Positions 34,085 to 43,810 of a DNA stretch of 64,000 bases are shown in pieces. Within the stretch, counting starts at the first letter, position 1. Each line of letters begins with the position of its first letter. The notes beneath the pieces are model-generated. The model was not told the origin of the DNA. It made no database searches and saw only the letters and a program-made list of their open reading frames with translations. The translations under genes and the position numbers were made by a program. Origin of the DNA: an uncultured delta proteobacterium (GTDB lineage Bacteria > Myxococcota_A > Polyangia > Polyangiales > B10-G4); contig CAVSGI010000020.1 of NCBI GenBank assembly GCA_963727445.1, positions 288,001 through 352,000 of the forward strand, read 5' to 3'.

Positions 34085-34749
34085 TGCGGTCCCTCGCTCT
34101 CGTCCTCGTCCTGGTCGGCGCCGGCTGCACCGCCATCGTGGACGCGGGAAGCTACAGCGTGGGCGGCGGCACCTGCGACTCGGTGAGCGGCAGCGGCTGC
34201 GACACCGGTCAAGCCTGCTTCACCCGGATCGCCACCGGCGACGCGATGTGCATCGACGAAGGGACGCGGTCGAGTGGGAGGGTCTGCACCGGGATGGGAC
34301 AGTGCGTCAGCGGCGCCACCTGCATCTTCTTCACGCCCGACCGGGGCTTGTGCACCGACTACTGCCGCACCGACGGCGACTGCAGTGACATCCCCGGCAG
34401 CATCGGCTGCAATCTGAACAGCGACACGGGCATCGGCTCCTGCTTTCAAGGTTGTGATCCCTCTGACGCCGCCTCGTGCGGTGCGGGCGTGGCCTGCTTC
34501 GCGATGGGCACCGCGGGCGCCTGCGTCGCCACCGGTCCGAACGGGCTCGATGACCCTTGCGGCTTCAGCTACGACGACGCCTGTCAGCAGGGCTTCGTGT
34601 GTCTGATGAACACCGAGGGCGCGAACGCCTGCTTCGCGCAGTGCGGTCCCGGTCTTCCCGACTGCCCGAGCGGACAGACCTGCACCTTCGCCCTCGGCTC
34701 CGAGATCCGTCCCGCCGAGGCGGGCGAGTGGGGCGCCTGCTCCACCTGA
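34084..34749 (+). CDS. Cys-rich lipoprotein
   Basis: ATG overlaps the TPR stop (TGATG); lipobox GAGC; dense Cys pattern. Confidence 0.8.
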   Translation: MRSLALVLVLVGAGCTAIVDAGSYSVGGGTCDSVSGSGCDTGQACFTRIATGDAMCIDEGTRSSGRVCTGMGQCVSGATCIFFTPDRGLCTDYCRTDGDCSDIPGSIGCNLNSDTGIGSCFQGCDPSDAASCGAGVACFAMGTAGACVATGPNGLDDPCGFSYDDACQQGFVCLMNTEGANACFAQCGPGLPDCPSGQTCTFALGSEIRPAEAGEWGACST

Positions 34750-34858
34750 AGCCGCGCCGGCCTCACCCGGCGAGTGTCGCGTTTGGTTTCCGGAATGTCG
34801 CCCGAGGGGAGCGAGCATATGCGCCTCGCTCAGCCCCTGCTAGGCTCCCGCCCTCCCC

Positions 34859-36325
34859 ATGCGTGCTTCGATTGTGTTGGTCGCCGCCCTCTCCTGGGCT
34901 GGCTGTGGTGATGACGGCTCGGGCGGTGATGCCGACGCGGCGCCGGTGGACTCGGGGGTGGCGATGGACTCCTCGGTGGACACCGCGCTGCCCGACACGG
35001 GCCCGCCCTATCCCCGCGAGCTCCCGCCGTCGAGCGAGCTCGGCGCCGATCGCCGTGGATTGACGCTCGCCCGTACGATCATCCATCTGCATTCGCCGCT
35101 CTCGCACGACGCATGCGACGACCAGGCCTCGCTCGAGGAAGCCACGGGGCCCGAGTCGATGGACTGCCTCATGCATCTGCGCGATGCCTTCTGCACCGTT
35201 CGCCTCGACGTGGCGATGCTCACCGATCACTCGCCCTATGTGAACCAGGTCGCCTTCGAGGACATGCTCCTCATGCAGCCGGGAGACGAGCCGGTCATGG
35301 ATGACACCGGCGCGGTCGTGGCGAGCAAGATCACCTGCCCGGACGACGGTCACCAGGTGTTGATCACCGCGGGCTCGGAGAACGCGCTCATGCCCGTAGG
35401 CCTTCACCATCACCCGGCCGAGGGCGACGCGGACGCCATCGGCATGGCCTATGACGCGCGGAGCGCCGACGCGGTCCTCGCCTTCCAGGCTGCCGGCGCC
35501 CTGGTGATCCAAAACCACCCCGAGGACTACATGGTGGCCGAGCTCGAGGAGGTGGGCCTCGACGGGGTCGAGATCTTCAACCTCCACGCGAGCCTCGACC
35601 CGCGCAAGCGCGCACTGCTCGAGATCGACGACTCCGCGTACCTCGCCGACCTCTTCGACTACCTCGACCGACGCTCCCACCCCGCGCCGGATCTCCTGTG
35701 GATGACCTTCTTCGAAACCAGCCCGGCGTACGCGCGGCGCTGGGACACGATGATCGCGGACGGCCAACGCGTGGTCGGCGTGGCGGGGACCGACGCGCAC
35801 GAGAATTCCTTCCCGGATCTCATGAGCGACGGAGAGCGGATCGACGGCTACCGTCGGATGATGCGTTGGTTCAGCAACCACCTGCTCATCGACGGCGCGC
35901 CCACGCCGGACTCGGTGCACGAGGCGCTGGCCGCGGGGCGTCTCTACGTCGCCTACGAGGCCTACGGCAGCCCCGTGGGCTTCGACTTCTACGCCGAGAT
36001 GGATGGAACGACCTACGAGATGGGCGAGGAGGCGCCCGTCGGGGCGACGCTGCACGTGACGCGCCCGTCGCTGCCCGCGGACTTCCCGCAGGACCCGGCG
36101 CCCACCATCACCGTGCGGATCCTCCAGTCCGACCCGGAGGGCGCGGTCGAGGTGGCGTCGTCGGGTGACGCGGAGCTCACTTACGTGATCACCGAGGCCG
36201 GCAGCTATCGCGCCGAGGTGCTCATCCTGCCCGAGCACACGCGGCCCTTCTTGGACGGGAAAGACTCGCTGGTGAAGGAGCGACCGTGGGTGCAGTCGAA
36301 CCACGTCCACGCCGTCGCCCCCTGA
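34859..36325 (+). CDS. Lipoprotein with PHP-family metallohydrolase domain
   Basis: Lipobox WAGC; HLHSPLSHD, LTDH, NHP, GVEIFN, GTDAH. Confidence 0.85.
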   Translation: MRASIVLVAALSWAGCGDDGSGGDADAAPVDSGVAMDSSVDTALPDTGPPYPRELPPSSELGADRRGLTLARTIIHLHSPLSHDACDDQASLEEATGPESMDCLMHLRDAFCTVRLDVAMLTDHSPYVNQVAFEDMLLMQPGDEPVMDDTGAVVASKITCPDDGHQVLITAGSENALMPVGLHHHPAEGDADAIGMAYDARSADAVLAFQAAGALVIQNHPEDYMVAELEEVGLDGVEIFNLHASLDPRKRALLEIDDSAYLADLFDYLDRRSHPAPDLLWMTFFETSPAYARRWDTMIADGQRVVGVAGTDAHENSFPDLMSDGERIDGYRRMMRWFSNHLLIDGAPTPDSVHEALAAGRLYVAYEAYGSPVGFDFYAEMDGTTYEMGEEAPVGATLHVTRPSLPADFPQDPAPTITVRILQSDPEGAVEVASSGDAELTYVITEAGSYRAEVLILPEHTRPFLDGKDSLVKERPWVQSNHVHAVAP

Positions 36326-36366
36326 GGGCCTTCTCCTCCCCGCGGTTGTGACGATATAGTCGCCCG

Positions 36367-37590
36367 ATGGGGAATCGGAATCTCACCAGCGGCCTGGTCG
36401 GTGTCTCTCTGATCGTGGCGCTCGGTGCTGGGTGTGGGACCGGCGGTGAGCCCGGGACGCCTTCGGGCGGCATCGAGCTGACCGACAACGTCGGCAGCGG
36501 CAAGTACGATGTCATCGCGGGTCGTCGCGTCCTGCCGGAGATCACCGAGACGGTCTATCTCGACGGAAACGCGTACGACGGCCGCTTCGTCGTCTCCGAC
36601 GTGACCAATCAGACCCTGGTCGTCACCGGCCCGGTGGTCGCGTTCGGTCCACAGAGCGACGGCATCCAAGCGACGGTGACCAGCGGCTTGTTCACCGTGC
36701 GTCGCTTCCTGCTCATGTCTCGCCCCGACCCGTCGGCCGAGTGGGAGCCCGTCGTCATCGAAGCCAGCGCCATCTACGAGCGCGAGTCCTCGGAGACGGC
36801 CGACCCGACGGATGTCGACCTGACCATCAGCTACTTCCAGACCGTTTCGCTCCGCCTCTTCGAGCAGGAGATCACCTTCTCCTCCGACGAGGTGGTAGGC
36901 CAGGTCACTGCGCACCTGCCGGTCGCCAGTCCGACCACGGCGGAATTCGGCGTGTTCGTGATCACCGTCGACTCGACGTGGTTCGATCTCGACGGCGACT
37001 ACGACATGCACGTCACCGGTAGCTGCAACGGCGACGTCTGTGCGCCCCCGGGCAACACGCCGGTAGAGCCGCCGATGCCGGCCGACATCTACGCTGACGC
37101 CCGCAACCCGGACCTCGCCCAGATCGTGATCATGGCGCCCGGGCCCGAGGACTACGTGCGTCCGGACCCACAGAACGACATGAATCTGGGCGGCACCGAG
37201 TTCTGGCAGCAGTGGCCCGAAGGCCACAGCCCGACCTTCAGCTTCTACGAGGGGACGGAGCAGGGCCGGCGCTGCATGCAGGCCTCGGCGATCCGGTGGG
37301 AGACCATCATGGCCGATCCCCCGCCCACGCTGGACGGGCTCCTGCACACCAGCAACTGGACCGGATCCTGGTTCAACTGGAACGACGACTATACCGAGGC
37401 GAGCTCACTCGACGCCACCGGCGCACGTCTATGGGCCTGGCGCACTGGGCTCCTCAAGTGGATCAGCCAGACCGGTCAGGACGGCACCTGCTACCTGCCG
37501 ACGCGGGCGATGGTGGAGGCCTTCGCCGACACCTGCGCGGCGCGCGCCGAGATCAACGACGGCGAGATCCAGGGCTGTAGCGCACGCTGA
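36367..37590 (+). CDS. Hypothetical lipoprotein with Trp-rich C-terminal domain
   Basis: Lipobox GAGC; 407-aa ORF with typical codon bias; TATAGT 6 nt upstream. Confidence 0.8.
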   Translation: MGNRNLTSGLVGVSLIVALGAGCGTGGEPGTPSGGIELTDNVGSGKYDVIAGRRVLPEITETVYLDGNAYDGRFVVSDVTNQTLVVTGPVVAFGPQSDGIQATVTSGLFTVRRFLLMSRPDPSAEWEPVVIEASAIYERESSETADPTDVDLTISYFQTVSLRLFEQEITFSSDEVVGQVTAHLPVASPTTAEFGVFVITVDSTWFDLDGDYDMHVTGSCNGDVCAPPGNTPVEPPMPADIYADARNPDLAQIVIMAPGPEDYVRPDPQNDMNLGGTEFWQQWPEGHSPTFSFYEGTEQGRRCMQASAIRWETIMADPPPTLDGLLHTSNWTGSWFNWNDDYTEASSLDATGARLWAWRTGLLKWISQTGQDGTCYLPTRAMVEAFADTCAARAEINDGEIQGCSAR

Positions 37591-37594
37591 GCCC

Positions 37595-38023
37595 ATGAGC
37601 ATCTGGCGAGAGCGGCCGACCCTCGACGAGATGAACGCTGTGGAGGAGGGGACCCTCACCTCGCACCTCGGGATCCGTTTCGTCGAGATGGGCGAGGACT
37701 ACCTGGTGGCCACGATGCCGGTGGACGCGCGGACCAAGCAGCCGCGGGGCCGGCTCCACGGAGGTGCATCGGCGGTCCTGGCCGAGACGATCGGGAGCGC
37801 GGGGTCGAGCCGCATCATCGGGATCGAACGCGGGATGATCGCGGGCATCCACGTCGAGGCGACGCACGTGCGCGGCGCGCGCGAGGGAGAGGTGCGGGGG
37901 ATCGGCCGGCCGCTTCACATCGGGCGGACGATGCACGTCTGGGACGTGCGCATCGAGAACGAAGAAGGAGAGCTCGTGAGCACCGCCAAGCTCACGGTGC
38001 TGGTGCGCGAGCGCGAAGCCTGA
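37595..38023 (+). CDS. Hotdog-fold thioesterase (PaaI/YdiI/EntH family)
   Basis: MPVDARTKQPRGRLHGGASAVLAET, PLHIGRTMHVW. Confidence 0.92.
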   Translation: MSIWRERPTLDEMNAVEEGTLTSHLGIRFVEMGEDYLVATMPVDARTKQPRGRLHGGASAVLAETIGSAGSSRIIGIERGMIAGIHVEATHVRGAREGEVRGIGRPLHIGRTMHVWDVRIENEEGELVSTAKLTVLVREREA

Positions 38024-38033
38024 GCTGACTCGT

Positions 38034-38531
38034 TCAGCCGCAGGTGCCTGGGCTGTCGGCGGCGTCGCACATCGCGCCGCAGGGACAGATGACGGCTCCG
38101 GTGCAGGTCATGCCCGAGGGGCAGTCACGGTCGGCCCAGCACTCGCCGTCGGCGGGCGGCGCCTTGCAGACGCCGTCGCCCATGGTGCGGCACTCGGCGC
38201 CGTAACAGGTCGCCTCGCCCGCGCAGTCGGCGTCGTCGAGGCAGCAGCCGTCCTGGGCGCCGACGAAGCAGGTGTCGTCGGCGGCGACGCAGAAGCCGTC
38301 GCCCGAGCTCGCTTCGCGGCAGACGAGCTCGCCGCAGCAGGTGTCGCCCGTGTTGCAGCGCGCGCTCTCCATGAGGCAGCCGGCGTCGCCGCCTCCACCA
38401 CCATCGGTCGCGCCATCGGTCGCGCCGTCGCTCGATGCCGCATCCGCGGATGCATCGGGGGTGGGGGCGCCGTCGTCGCCGCAGCCGAGGGCGAGCGCGA
38501 GGAGGGCGATGAGGAGGAAGGTGCGTGGCAT
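38034..38531 (-). CDS. Small Cys-rich lipoprotein
   Basis: Lipobox ALGC, Asp/Ala/Gly linker, Cys-rich body. Confidence 0.78.
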   Translation of the reverse strand: MPRTFLLIALLALALGCGDDGAPTPDASADAASSDGATDGATDGGGGGDAGCLMESARCNTGDTCCGELVCREASSGDGFCVAADDTCFVGAQDGCCLDDADCAGEATCYGAECRTMGDGVCKAPPADGECWADRDCPSGMTCTGAVICPCGAMCDAADSPGTCG

Positions 38532-38647
38532 CGCGCCATCTTATCCCTCGCGGCAGAGGCCGGCACACTCCGACACGCCTGTCTCGACGGGATCACGCGA
38601 CTTTCCTGGCGTCGACGCTGGCCCACTTTCTGCTGATGCGCTGCGCC

Positions 38648-40121
38648 ATGTCCAAGCTTGCCCCGCCCCACGCGGCCAAGACCTTCTCCAGCCCGGCCCT
38701 CGCCGCCCTCGTCCGAAAGAACCTCCGCGCCAATCTCGGGCGCTACTTGCGACGCATCGCGCAGGCCTCGGTCGCGGCCGCCGCCCTGAGCGCTTGCGGC
38801 ACCTCGCACACCACGCTCCCGGACGGCGGCAGCGACGCCTCGCCCGACACCTGGGTGACGATGTCGGACGCGACCCCGGATACGATCTCGCCTCCAGACA
38901 CCAGCATCCCCCCAGACACGGGCATCCCACCGGTGCCTCCTTTCTGCGATGCGACTGGCGTTTGGGACGCGCTCAGCGCGATCGATCCCGACGTCGAGTA
39001 CGTGGCGCTCCTCCGCGAGCAGATGGACGGCTTCGGGCCGGGCTACTTCTACGTGGACCAGACGCGCGGCGAGCCCTGCGCCACGGCGACCGAGCCGGAC
39101 GCGTGCCGCGCCGAGCTGACGCGCCTCTCGACGGAGACGCTCTCGCGCGGGATCATCTACACCAACTTTGACGGCGCCTTCGTCGCCACCACGCCCGATC
39201 AGGTCATCGAGCTCATGGGCTTCGAGGTCGACACGGCGAACAAGGCGGCGCTCCTCACGTACATGGCGGGCTACGAGATCCACTGCGCCGGGCCCGAGGT
39301 CACGACCATCACCGAGCGGGACGAGAGGCTGGGACGTCACGGCCTACCGCTACTACGCGATGGAGTGCGACATCGCCTACAACCGCGCGCCGGTTTTCGT
39401 CGATCGCGTCGAGGGGACGGTCACGCCGACCGGGCCCGAGGAGTACGTGGGCATCATCGAGACCGTGTGCGCCATCGGCCGCCGTCCGGCCGGTCTCGCT
39501 GCGCGGGCGCCCGCGGAACAGCTCGGCCCCATCGCGGACTTCTTCGCCGAGGTCGCGCGCCTCGAAGAGAGCGCGGTGGCGGCCTTCGACGTCATGATCG
39601 ACGAGCTCGCGGCGCTCGGGGCGCCGGACTTTCTGCTCGAGGCGGCCTGCGCCGCGCGGCAGGACGAGGTCGAGCACACCGAGTCCATGGGCGCCATCGC
39701 CCGCACCTTCGGCGCCGCGCCGCGGCGGCCGGAGATCGCCACGCCGGCCGCGCGCACGCCCTACGAGATCGCACTCGAGAACGCGGTCGAGGGTTGCGTG
39801 CGCGAGACCTACGGCGCGCTGGTGGCAACGCACCAGTCGTTCGCCGCCGAAGATCCGCGCATCGCTTTGGCGATGCGGAAGGTGGCCGAGGACGAGGTGC
39901 GCCACGCCGAGCTCTCGTGGGCGGTCGCGGCCTGGCTCGAGCCACAGCTCAGCGCTGAGGAGCGCGCCGAGATCGACGCTGCGAAGCGCGCGGCCGTCGA
40001 CGAGCTCCTCTCCGCCGCCAACGCGCCCGTTCACCCCGCGCTGGTGAAGCACGCCGGGATGCCCGATCCCGCCACGAACGCCCGCCTCATGTCGCAGCTC
40101 GCGGGCGACATCTGGGCCTGA
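38648..40121 (+). CDS. Lipoprotein with C-terminal ferritin-like diiron domain; 1 apparent frameshift near 39324
   Basis: Lipobox LSAC; junction CAIGRRP; LEESAV..DEVEH..ENAVEGCVRETYGA..DEVRH (two ExxH). Confidence 0.82.
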
Positions 40122-40124
40122 GGC

Positions 40125-40967
40125 TCAGGTCGTCGCTTCCCACAGGGCTTCGAGCTCGTCCTCGCCGAGGGCGAGCGAGAGGGCGTCGAGGTCCTGACGC
40201 ATGTGGATCGGGCTGCTCGTCCCCGTGAGCGGCAGGATCCCGAGCGAGCAGGTGAAGCGGAAGATCACCTCCGGGACGGTGCGCCGGTGGGCGTCGGCGA
40301 TGCGCTCCACGACGGGATTCGCGAGAACCTGGCGGTTCGCCGTCAGGAGCGAGAAGCCCTGGTAGACGACGCCCTCCCGCGCGCAGATGGCGCGGACGTC
40401 GGCGTCCCAACCGTCGACGGCGTAGCAGCGATTCTGCACGTAGGTGGGCTTCACCTCGGCGCTCTCGAGGAGCGCTTCGAGCTGCCCCAGGCCGACGTTG
40501 CTGATACCGATGACCCGGGTGCCGCCCTCGCGCTGAATCGCTTCGAGCGCACGCCACGCTTCATGATCCTCGGGCGCGAGGCCCTCGACGTGCATCGGGC
40601 CGTGAAGGACGAGGCTGTCGAGGTAGGTGACGCCGAGGTGAGCCAGAGAGCGATCGAAGGACTGGCGGACCTGATCGGCGACGGGCGCCGAGGGGTCGTA
40701 GGGCAGGCGATGGTCCTGGCCGCGGACGTAGGTGAACTTCGTCTGGAGGAAGAGCTCCTCGCGGCGGAGCGACCCGCCGTCGAAGGCTGCCCGCAGCGCT
40801 TCGCCCACGCCGGCCTCGTGGTAGTGCCTCCGCTGGTTGGCGGTGTCGATGGCGCGAAAGCCCGCCTCGAGCGCCTGGGTGACGAGGGAGGCCGTCGCGT
40901 CCTCCTTCCAGGCGGTGCCGTAGATGAAGCGCGGGGGTTGCGTGGCGGGCTCGGCGATTACTTTCAT
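40125..40967 (-). CDS. Aldo/keto reductase
   Basis: YGTAW, GFRAIDTA, LFLQTKF, YLDSLVLH, IGISN. Confidence 0.9.
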   Translation of the reverse strand: MKVIAEPATQPPRFIYGTAWKEDATASLVTQALEAGFRAIDTANQRRHYHEAGVGEALRAAFDGGSLRREELFLQTKFTYVRGQDHRLPYDPSAPVADQVRQSFDRSLAHLGVTYLDSLVLHGPMHVEGLAPEDHEAWRALEAIQREGGTRVIGISNVGLGQLEALLESAEVKPTYVQNRCYAVDGWDADVRAICAREGVVYQGFSLLTANRQVLANPVVERIADAHRRTVPEVIFRFTCSLGILPLTGTSSPIHMRQDLDALSLALGEDELEALWEATT

Positions 40968-40997
40968 CGGGGGCGCATCATCGCCCGAGGAGGGCGT

Positions 40998-41882
40998 GTG
41001 AGCGAGGACTTGCTGGGACGCTACACCATCGACGAGCCGTCGTTGCTTCGGCAGCTGGCGATGGACTCCTTCGCCGCGCTCCCGGCAGGCCACCCCATGA
41101 CGGCGTTCTTGGAGCTCGACGTCACCGCGCCCCTCGAAGCGATCGAGGTCCTCCGCGCTTCGGGCGTCCAGATCTCGCTCTTTTCTCACGTGGTCCGCTG
41201 CATCGCCGTCGCCCTCGACGAGCACCCCGACCTCAACGCCGTCCGTCATGGCCAGCGCCGGATCGCGTACTTCGAGGACGTCGACGTGAGCATTCCGGTC
41301 GAGATGGAGACGGGAGACGGTCGTTACCCGCTTCAGCTCGTCGTGCGGCGCGCGCAGGACAAGACCGCCGTCCAGATCTACGAAGAGGTCGCGGCGTCGA
41401 AGGCCCGCTACGCCGCCGAGGGCGCCCTCGGCAAGGAAGACCGCTGGGTCCGCACGGTGCTGCGATTCAGCCAGCTCGTGCCGAGGCGCCTCCGCATCTT
41501 CCTCGTTCGGCGCATGATCGCCAACGCCAAGCTGGTGAAGCGCCGGGCCGGCACCACGCTGGTGACGTCGGTCGGGAAGTTCGCGTCCATCCCGGGATTC
41601 GTGACGCCGCTGCCCGCCGGTCCGCGCGCCGTGAATTTCGCCATCGGCAGCGTCGTCGAAAAGCCCGTCGTGCGAGATGGCGAGGTCGTGGTGCGCTCGG
41701 TGCTGGCGCTCACGGTGATCTTCGACCACGACCTCGTCGACGGCGGCCCGGCCGCGCGCTTTGCGAAGCGCCTTCAGGTGTTGGTGGAGGGCGACGAGGA
41801 GCTGCGCGCCGCTGGTGAGCCGGGCGCGGGCGAAGGGGTGGGCGCGAAGGCTATCGATTCGGGCTCTTCGGATTCTCGATGA
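40998..41882 (+). CDS. Stand-alone 2-oxoacid dehydrogenase E2-like acyltransferase catalytic domain
   Basis: GAGGAGG SD; GTTLVTSVG; FDHDLVDGGPAARF; no lipoyl domain. Confidence 0.85.
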   Translation: MSEDLLGRYTIDEPSLLRQLAMDSFAALPAGHPMTAFLELDVTAPLEAIEVLRASGVQISLFSHVVRCIAVALDEHPDLNAVRHGQRRIAYFEDVDVSIPVEMETGDGRYPLQLVVRRAQDKTAVQIYEEVAASKARYAAEGALGKEDRWVRTVLRFSQLVPRRLRIFLVRRMIANAKLVKRRAGTTLVTSVGKFASIPGFVTPLPAGPRAVNFAIGSVVEKPVVRDGEVVVRSVLALTVIFDHDLVDGGPAARFAKRLQVLVEGDEELRAAGEPGAGEGVGAKAIDSGSSDSR

Positions 41883-42222
41883 TGCCGAACGCGTTGCCAA
41901 AGGGATCGACCACGGTCGCGAGCTTGATGCCGCCGCCGACCTCCGACACCTCGCCGTCAGCCTCTGCGCCGAGCTCCAGCAGATGCGCGCGTACGGCCGC
42001 GACGTCGTCGACGCTCCAGTACGCGACCTGCCGGGCGCGCCCCTGCGGCGGCGCTTCGCCCTCCTGCAATGGATGAAGCCCGAGCTCGTCCCCTGCCACG
42101 GTGAACCCCACGTAGTAGGGCTCGTCGTAGTTCGGCGTCAGATCAAAGGCCTTCGCATAGAAGTCCCGCGCCTTCGCGAGGTCGTCGACGAAGTACACGA
42201 CGGTTTCGATTCCCTTGAGCAT
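41851..42222 (-). CDS. VOC/glyoxalase family protein
   Basis: VDDLAKARDFY, YWSVDDV, DPFGNAFGIIENP. Confidence 0.88.
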   Translation of the reverse strand: MLKGIETVVYFVDDLAKARDFYAKAFDLTPNYDEPYYVGFTVAGDELGLHPLQEGEAPPQGRARQVAYWSVDDVAAVRAHLLELGAEADGEVSEVGGGIKLATVVDPFGNAFGIIENPKSPNR

Positions 42223-42320
42223 GTGGTGTAGCCTCCGCGCTTCGCGCATCCCGAGGGGGGGATGCCGGTCGCGCGATGCTAGCGCGAAGCGTTTGTGCTG
42301 TCGCGCGACGAGGGAGATCC

Positions 42321-43025
42321 ATGCCGGAAGAGGAACGTGCGGACTTCGAGACGCTGATCGACGGCGTGAGCCACTTCATGAAGTCGGTGCACCGCGCCGA
42401 GCAGGAGCTCTTCGAGCGTCTCGCCTCGTCGCAGAGCCCGAACACCTTCTTTCTCACCTGCTCCGACTCGCGGGTCGACCCGAGCCTGATCACCCAGACC
42501 AAGCCGGGGGAGCTCTTCGTCCTGCGCAACGCGGGCAACATCATCCCGCGCGCCGCGGCCGGCCCGACTGGCGAGGCGGCGACCCTCGAGTACGCCATCG
42601 CCGTCCTCGGCGTCCGCGACCTCATCGTCTGCGGCCACAGCAACTGTGGCGCGATGAAGGCGCTGATCCGCCCCGAGCAGGTCTTGTCCCTGCCGAACGT
42701 GAGCGGCTGGCTCCGCCACGCCTCGGCCACCCGCGGCCTCGTCGACCAGCGCTTCGCCGGCGCCAGCGACGAGCAGCGGTGGCTCGCCGCCATCGAGCTC
42801 AACGTCCTCGTGCAGATCGAGCACCTGCGCACCCACGCCTTCGCCGACGGCCGCATCGAGTCCGGCGACCTCCGCGTTCACGCCTGGGTCTACGACATCG
42901 CCGCCGGCGAGGTCCGCGCCTTCGACGCCGACTCCCATCACTTCGAACGCATCGGTGCGACGACACGCGCTCTCGAAGGCAGCCCTGTCGGCAAGCCGGT
43001 CGACTGGCCGTTCTTTAGGGGGTGA
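42321..43025 (+). CDS. Beta-class carbonic anhydrase
   Basis: CSDSRV, GELFVLRNAGN, CGHSNCGAM, HAWVYDI. Confidence 0.95.
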   Translation: MPEEERADFETLIDGVSHFMKSVHRAEQELFERLASSQSPNTFFLTCSDSRVDPSLITQTKPGELFVLRNAGNIIPRAAAGPTGEAATLEYAIAVLGVRDLIVCGHSNCGAMKALIRPEQVLSLPNVSGWLRHASATRGLVDQRFAGASDEQRWLAAIELNVLVQIEHLRTHAFADGRIESGDLRVHAWVYDIAAGEVRAFDADSHHFERIGATTRALEGSPVGKPVDWPFFRG

Positions 43026-43146
43026 CGGACCGAACTCGTCGAACTTGCGACCGTTCCAGCGCACCACGCCCGGGCGGCGCGGGGAGGTGGGGAAACCTGC
43101 CCTGGTGTCGCCCACCAAACTCGGCCACGAGCGGCCGGGGACGGCC

Positions 43147-43162
43147 TGGACCGGTCCTTGCT
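43147..43162 (+). promoter_or_regulatory. Candidate sigma-54 promoter
   Basis: TGGACCGGTCCTTGCT: GG-N10-GC with TTGCT, about 36 nt upstream of GTG 43198. Confidence 0.35.
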
Positions 43163-43197
43163 CATTCCAGGGGCATGCAAGACCCATCAGGTTGCTC

Positions 43198-43794
43198 GTG
43201 AGCTACCGCGACGAGCTCGCCGCTGCGCGCGCCCAGACCGAGAAGCTCGCTTCGGAGCTGGCCGAAGCCCGAGAGACGATCGCGCAGTTGAAGGCGCCGT
43301 CCGAGGCGAACCGTGCGCGCCTCCCGCGTCGGCGTCTCGAGATGTCGCGCCATCGCCGCCCTCGAGCCTTGGGACGCATGCACTTTCATCCACCGCCGAG
43401 CTACGTTCCGCTCCTCCGTCTCGTGCTCCGGGGGCCGCGCGTGGTCTGGGACCGCATTCCGCATCTGCCTCCGTCCAATGGCACTGCGCTGTCGATCGTG
43501 GCCCGCGCCGTGGTGTGGCCCTTCTTTCACCTGCTCTACATCCCGGCCTACCTGATCACGCTCCTCCTCGTGGTGGTTCCCTGGAGCTTCATCCTCGCGA
43601 CGATCGCGAGCGTCCTGCTCCTGCCCTACATTCTCTTGTCGCGCACGACCGTCTCCTCCGGTCCTCCGAAGGAAGACGAGTCTTCGATGCTCTACGGCCC
43701 ACCCACCGACGACAAAGCAGCCAGCTTCCTCTTCTTCTCGGTGGCGCCGGTGCCGATGCTCTATCCCTTCACGTTCGCGATCGCGGATTGGTGA
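43198..43794 (+). CDS. Hypothetical membrane protein with N-terminal coiled coil
   Basis: MSYRDELAAARAQTEKLASELAEARETIAQLK, followed by long hydrophobic segments. Confidence 0.65.
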   Translation: MSYRDELAAARAQTEKLASELAEARETIAQLKAPSEANRARLPRRRLEMSRHRRPRALGRMHFHPPPSYVPLLRLVLRGPRVVWDRIPHLPPSNGTALSIVARAVVWPFFHLLYIPAYLITLLLVVVPWSFILATIASVLLLPYILLSRTTVSSGPPKEDESSMLYGPPTDDKAASFLFFSVAPVPMLYPFTFAIADW

Positions 43795-43810
43795 CGTGTA
43801 GGATGAGGGG

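Noticed and set aside
43086..43101. GGTGGG-GAAA-CCTGCC GNRA hairpin as part of a riboswitch
   Set aside because: Could not match the remaining consensus of any riboswitch I know; would need an Infernal/Rfam scan.
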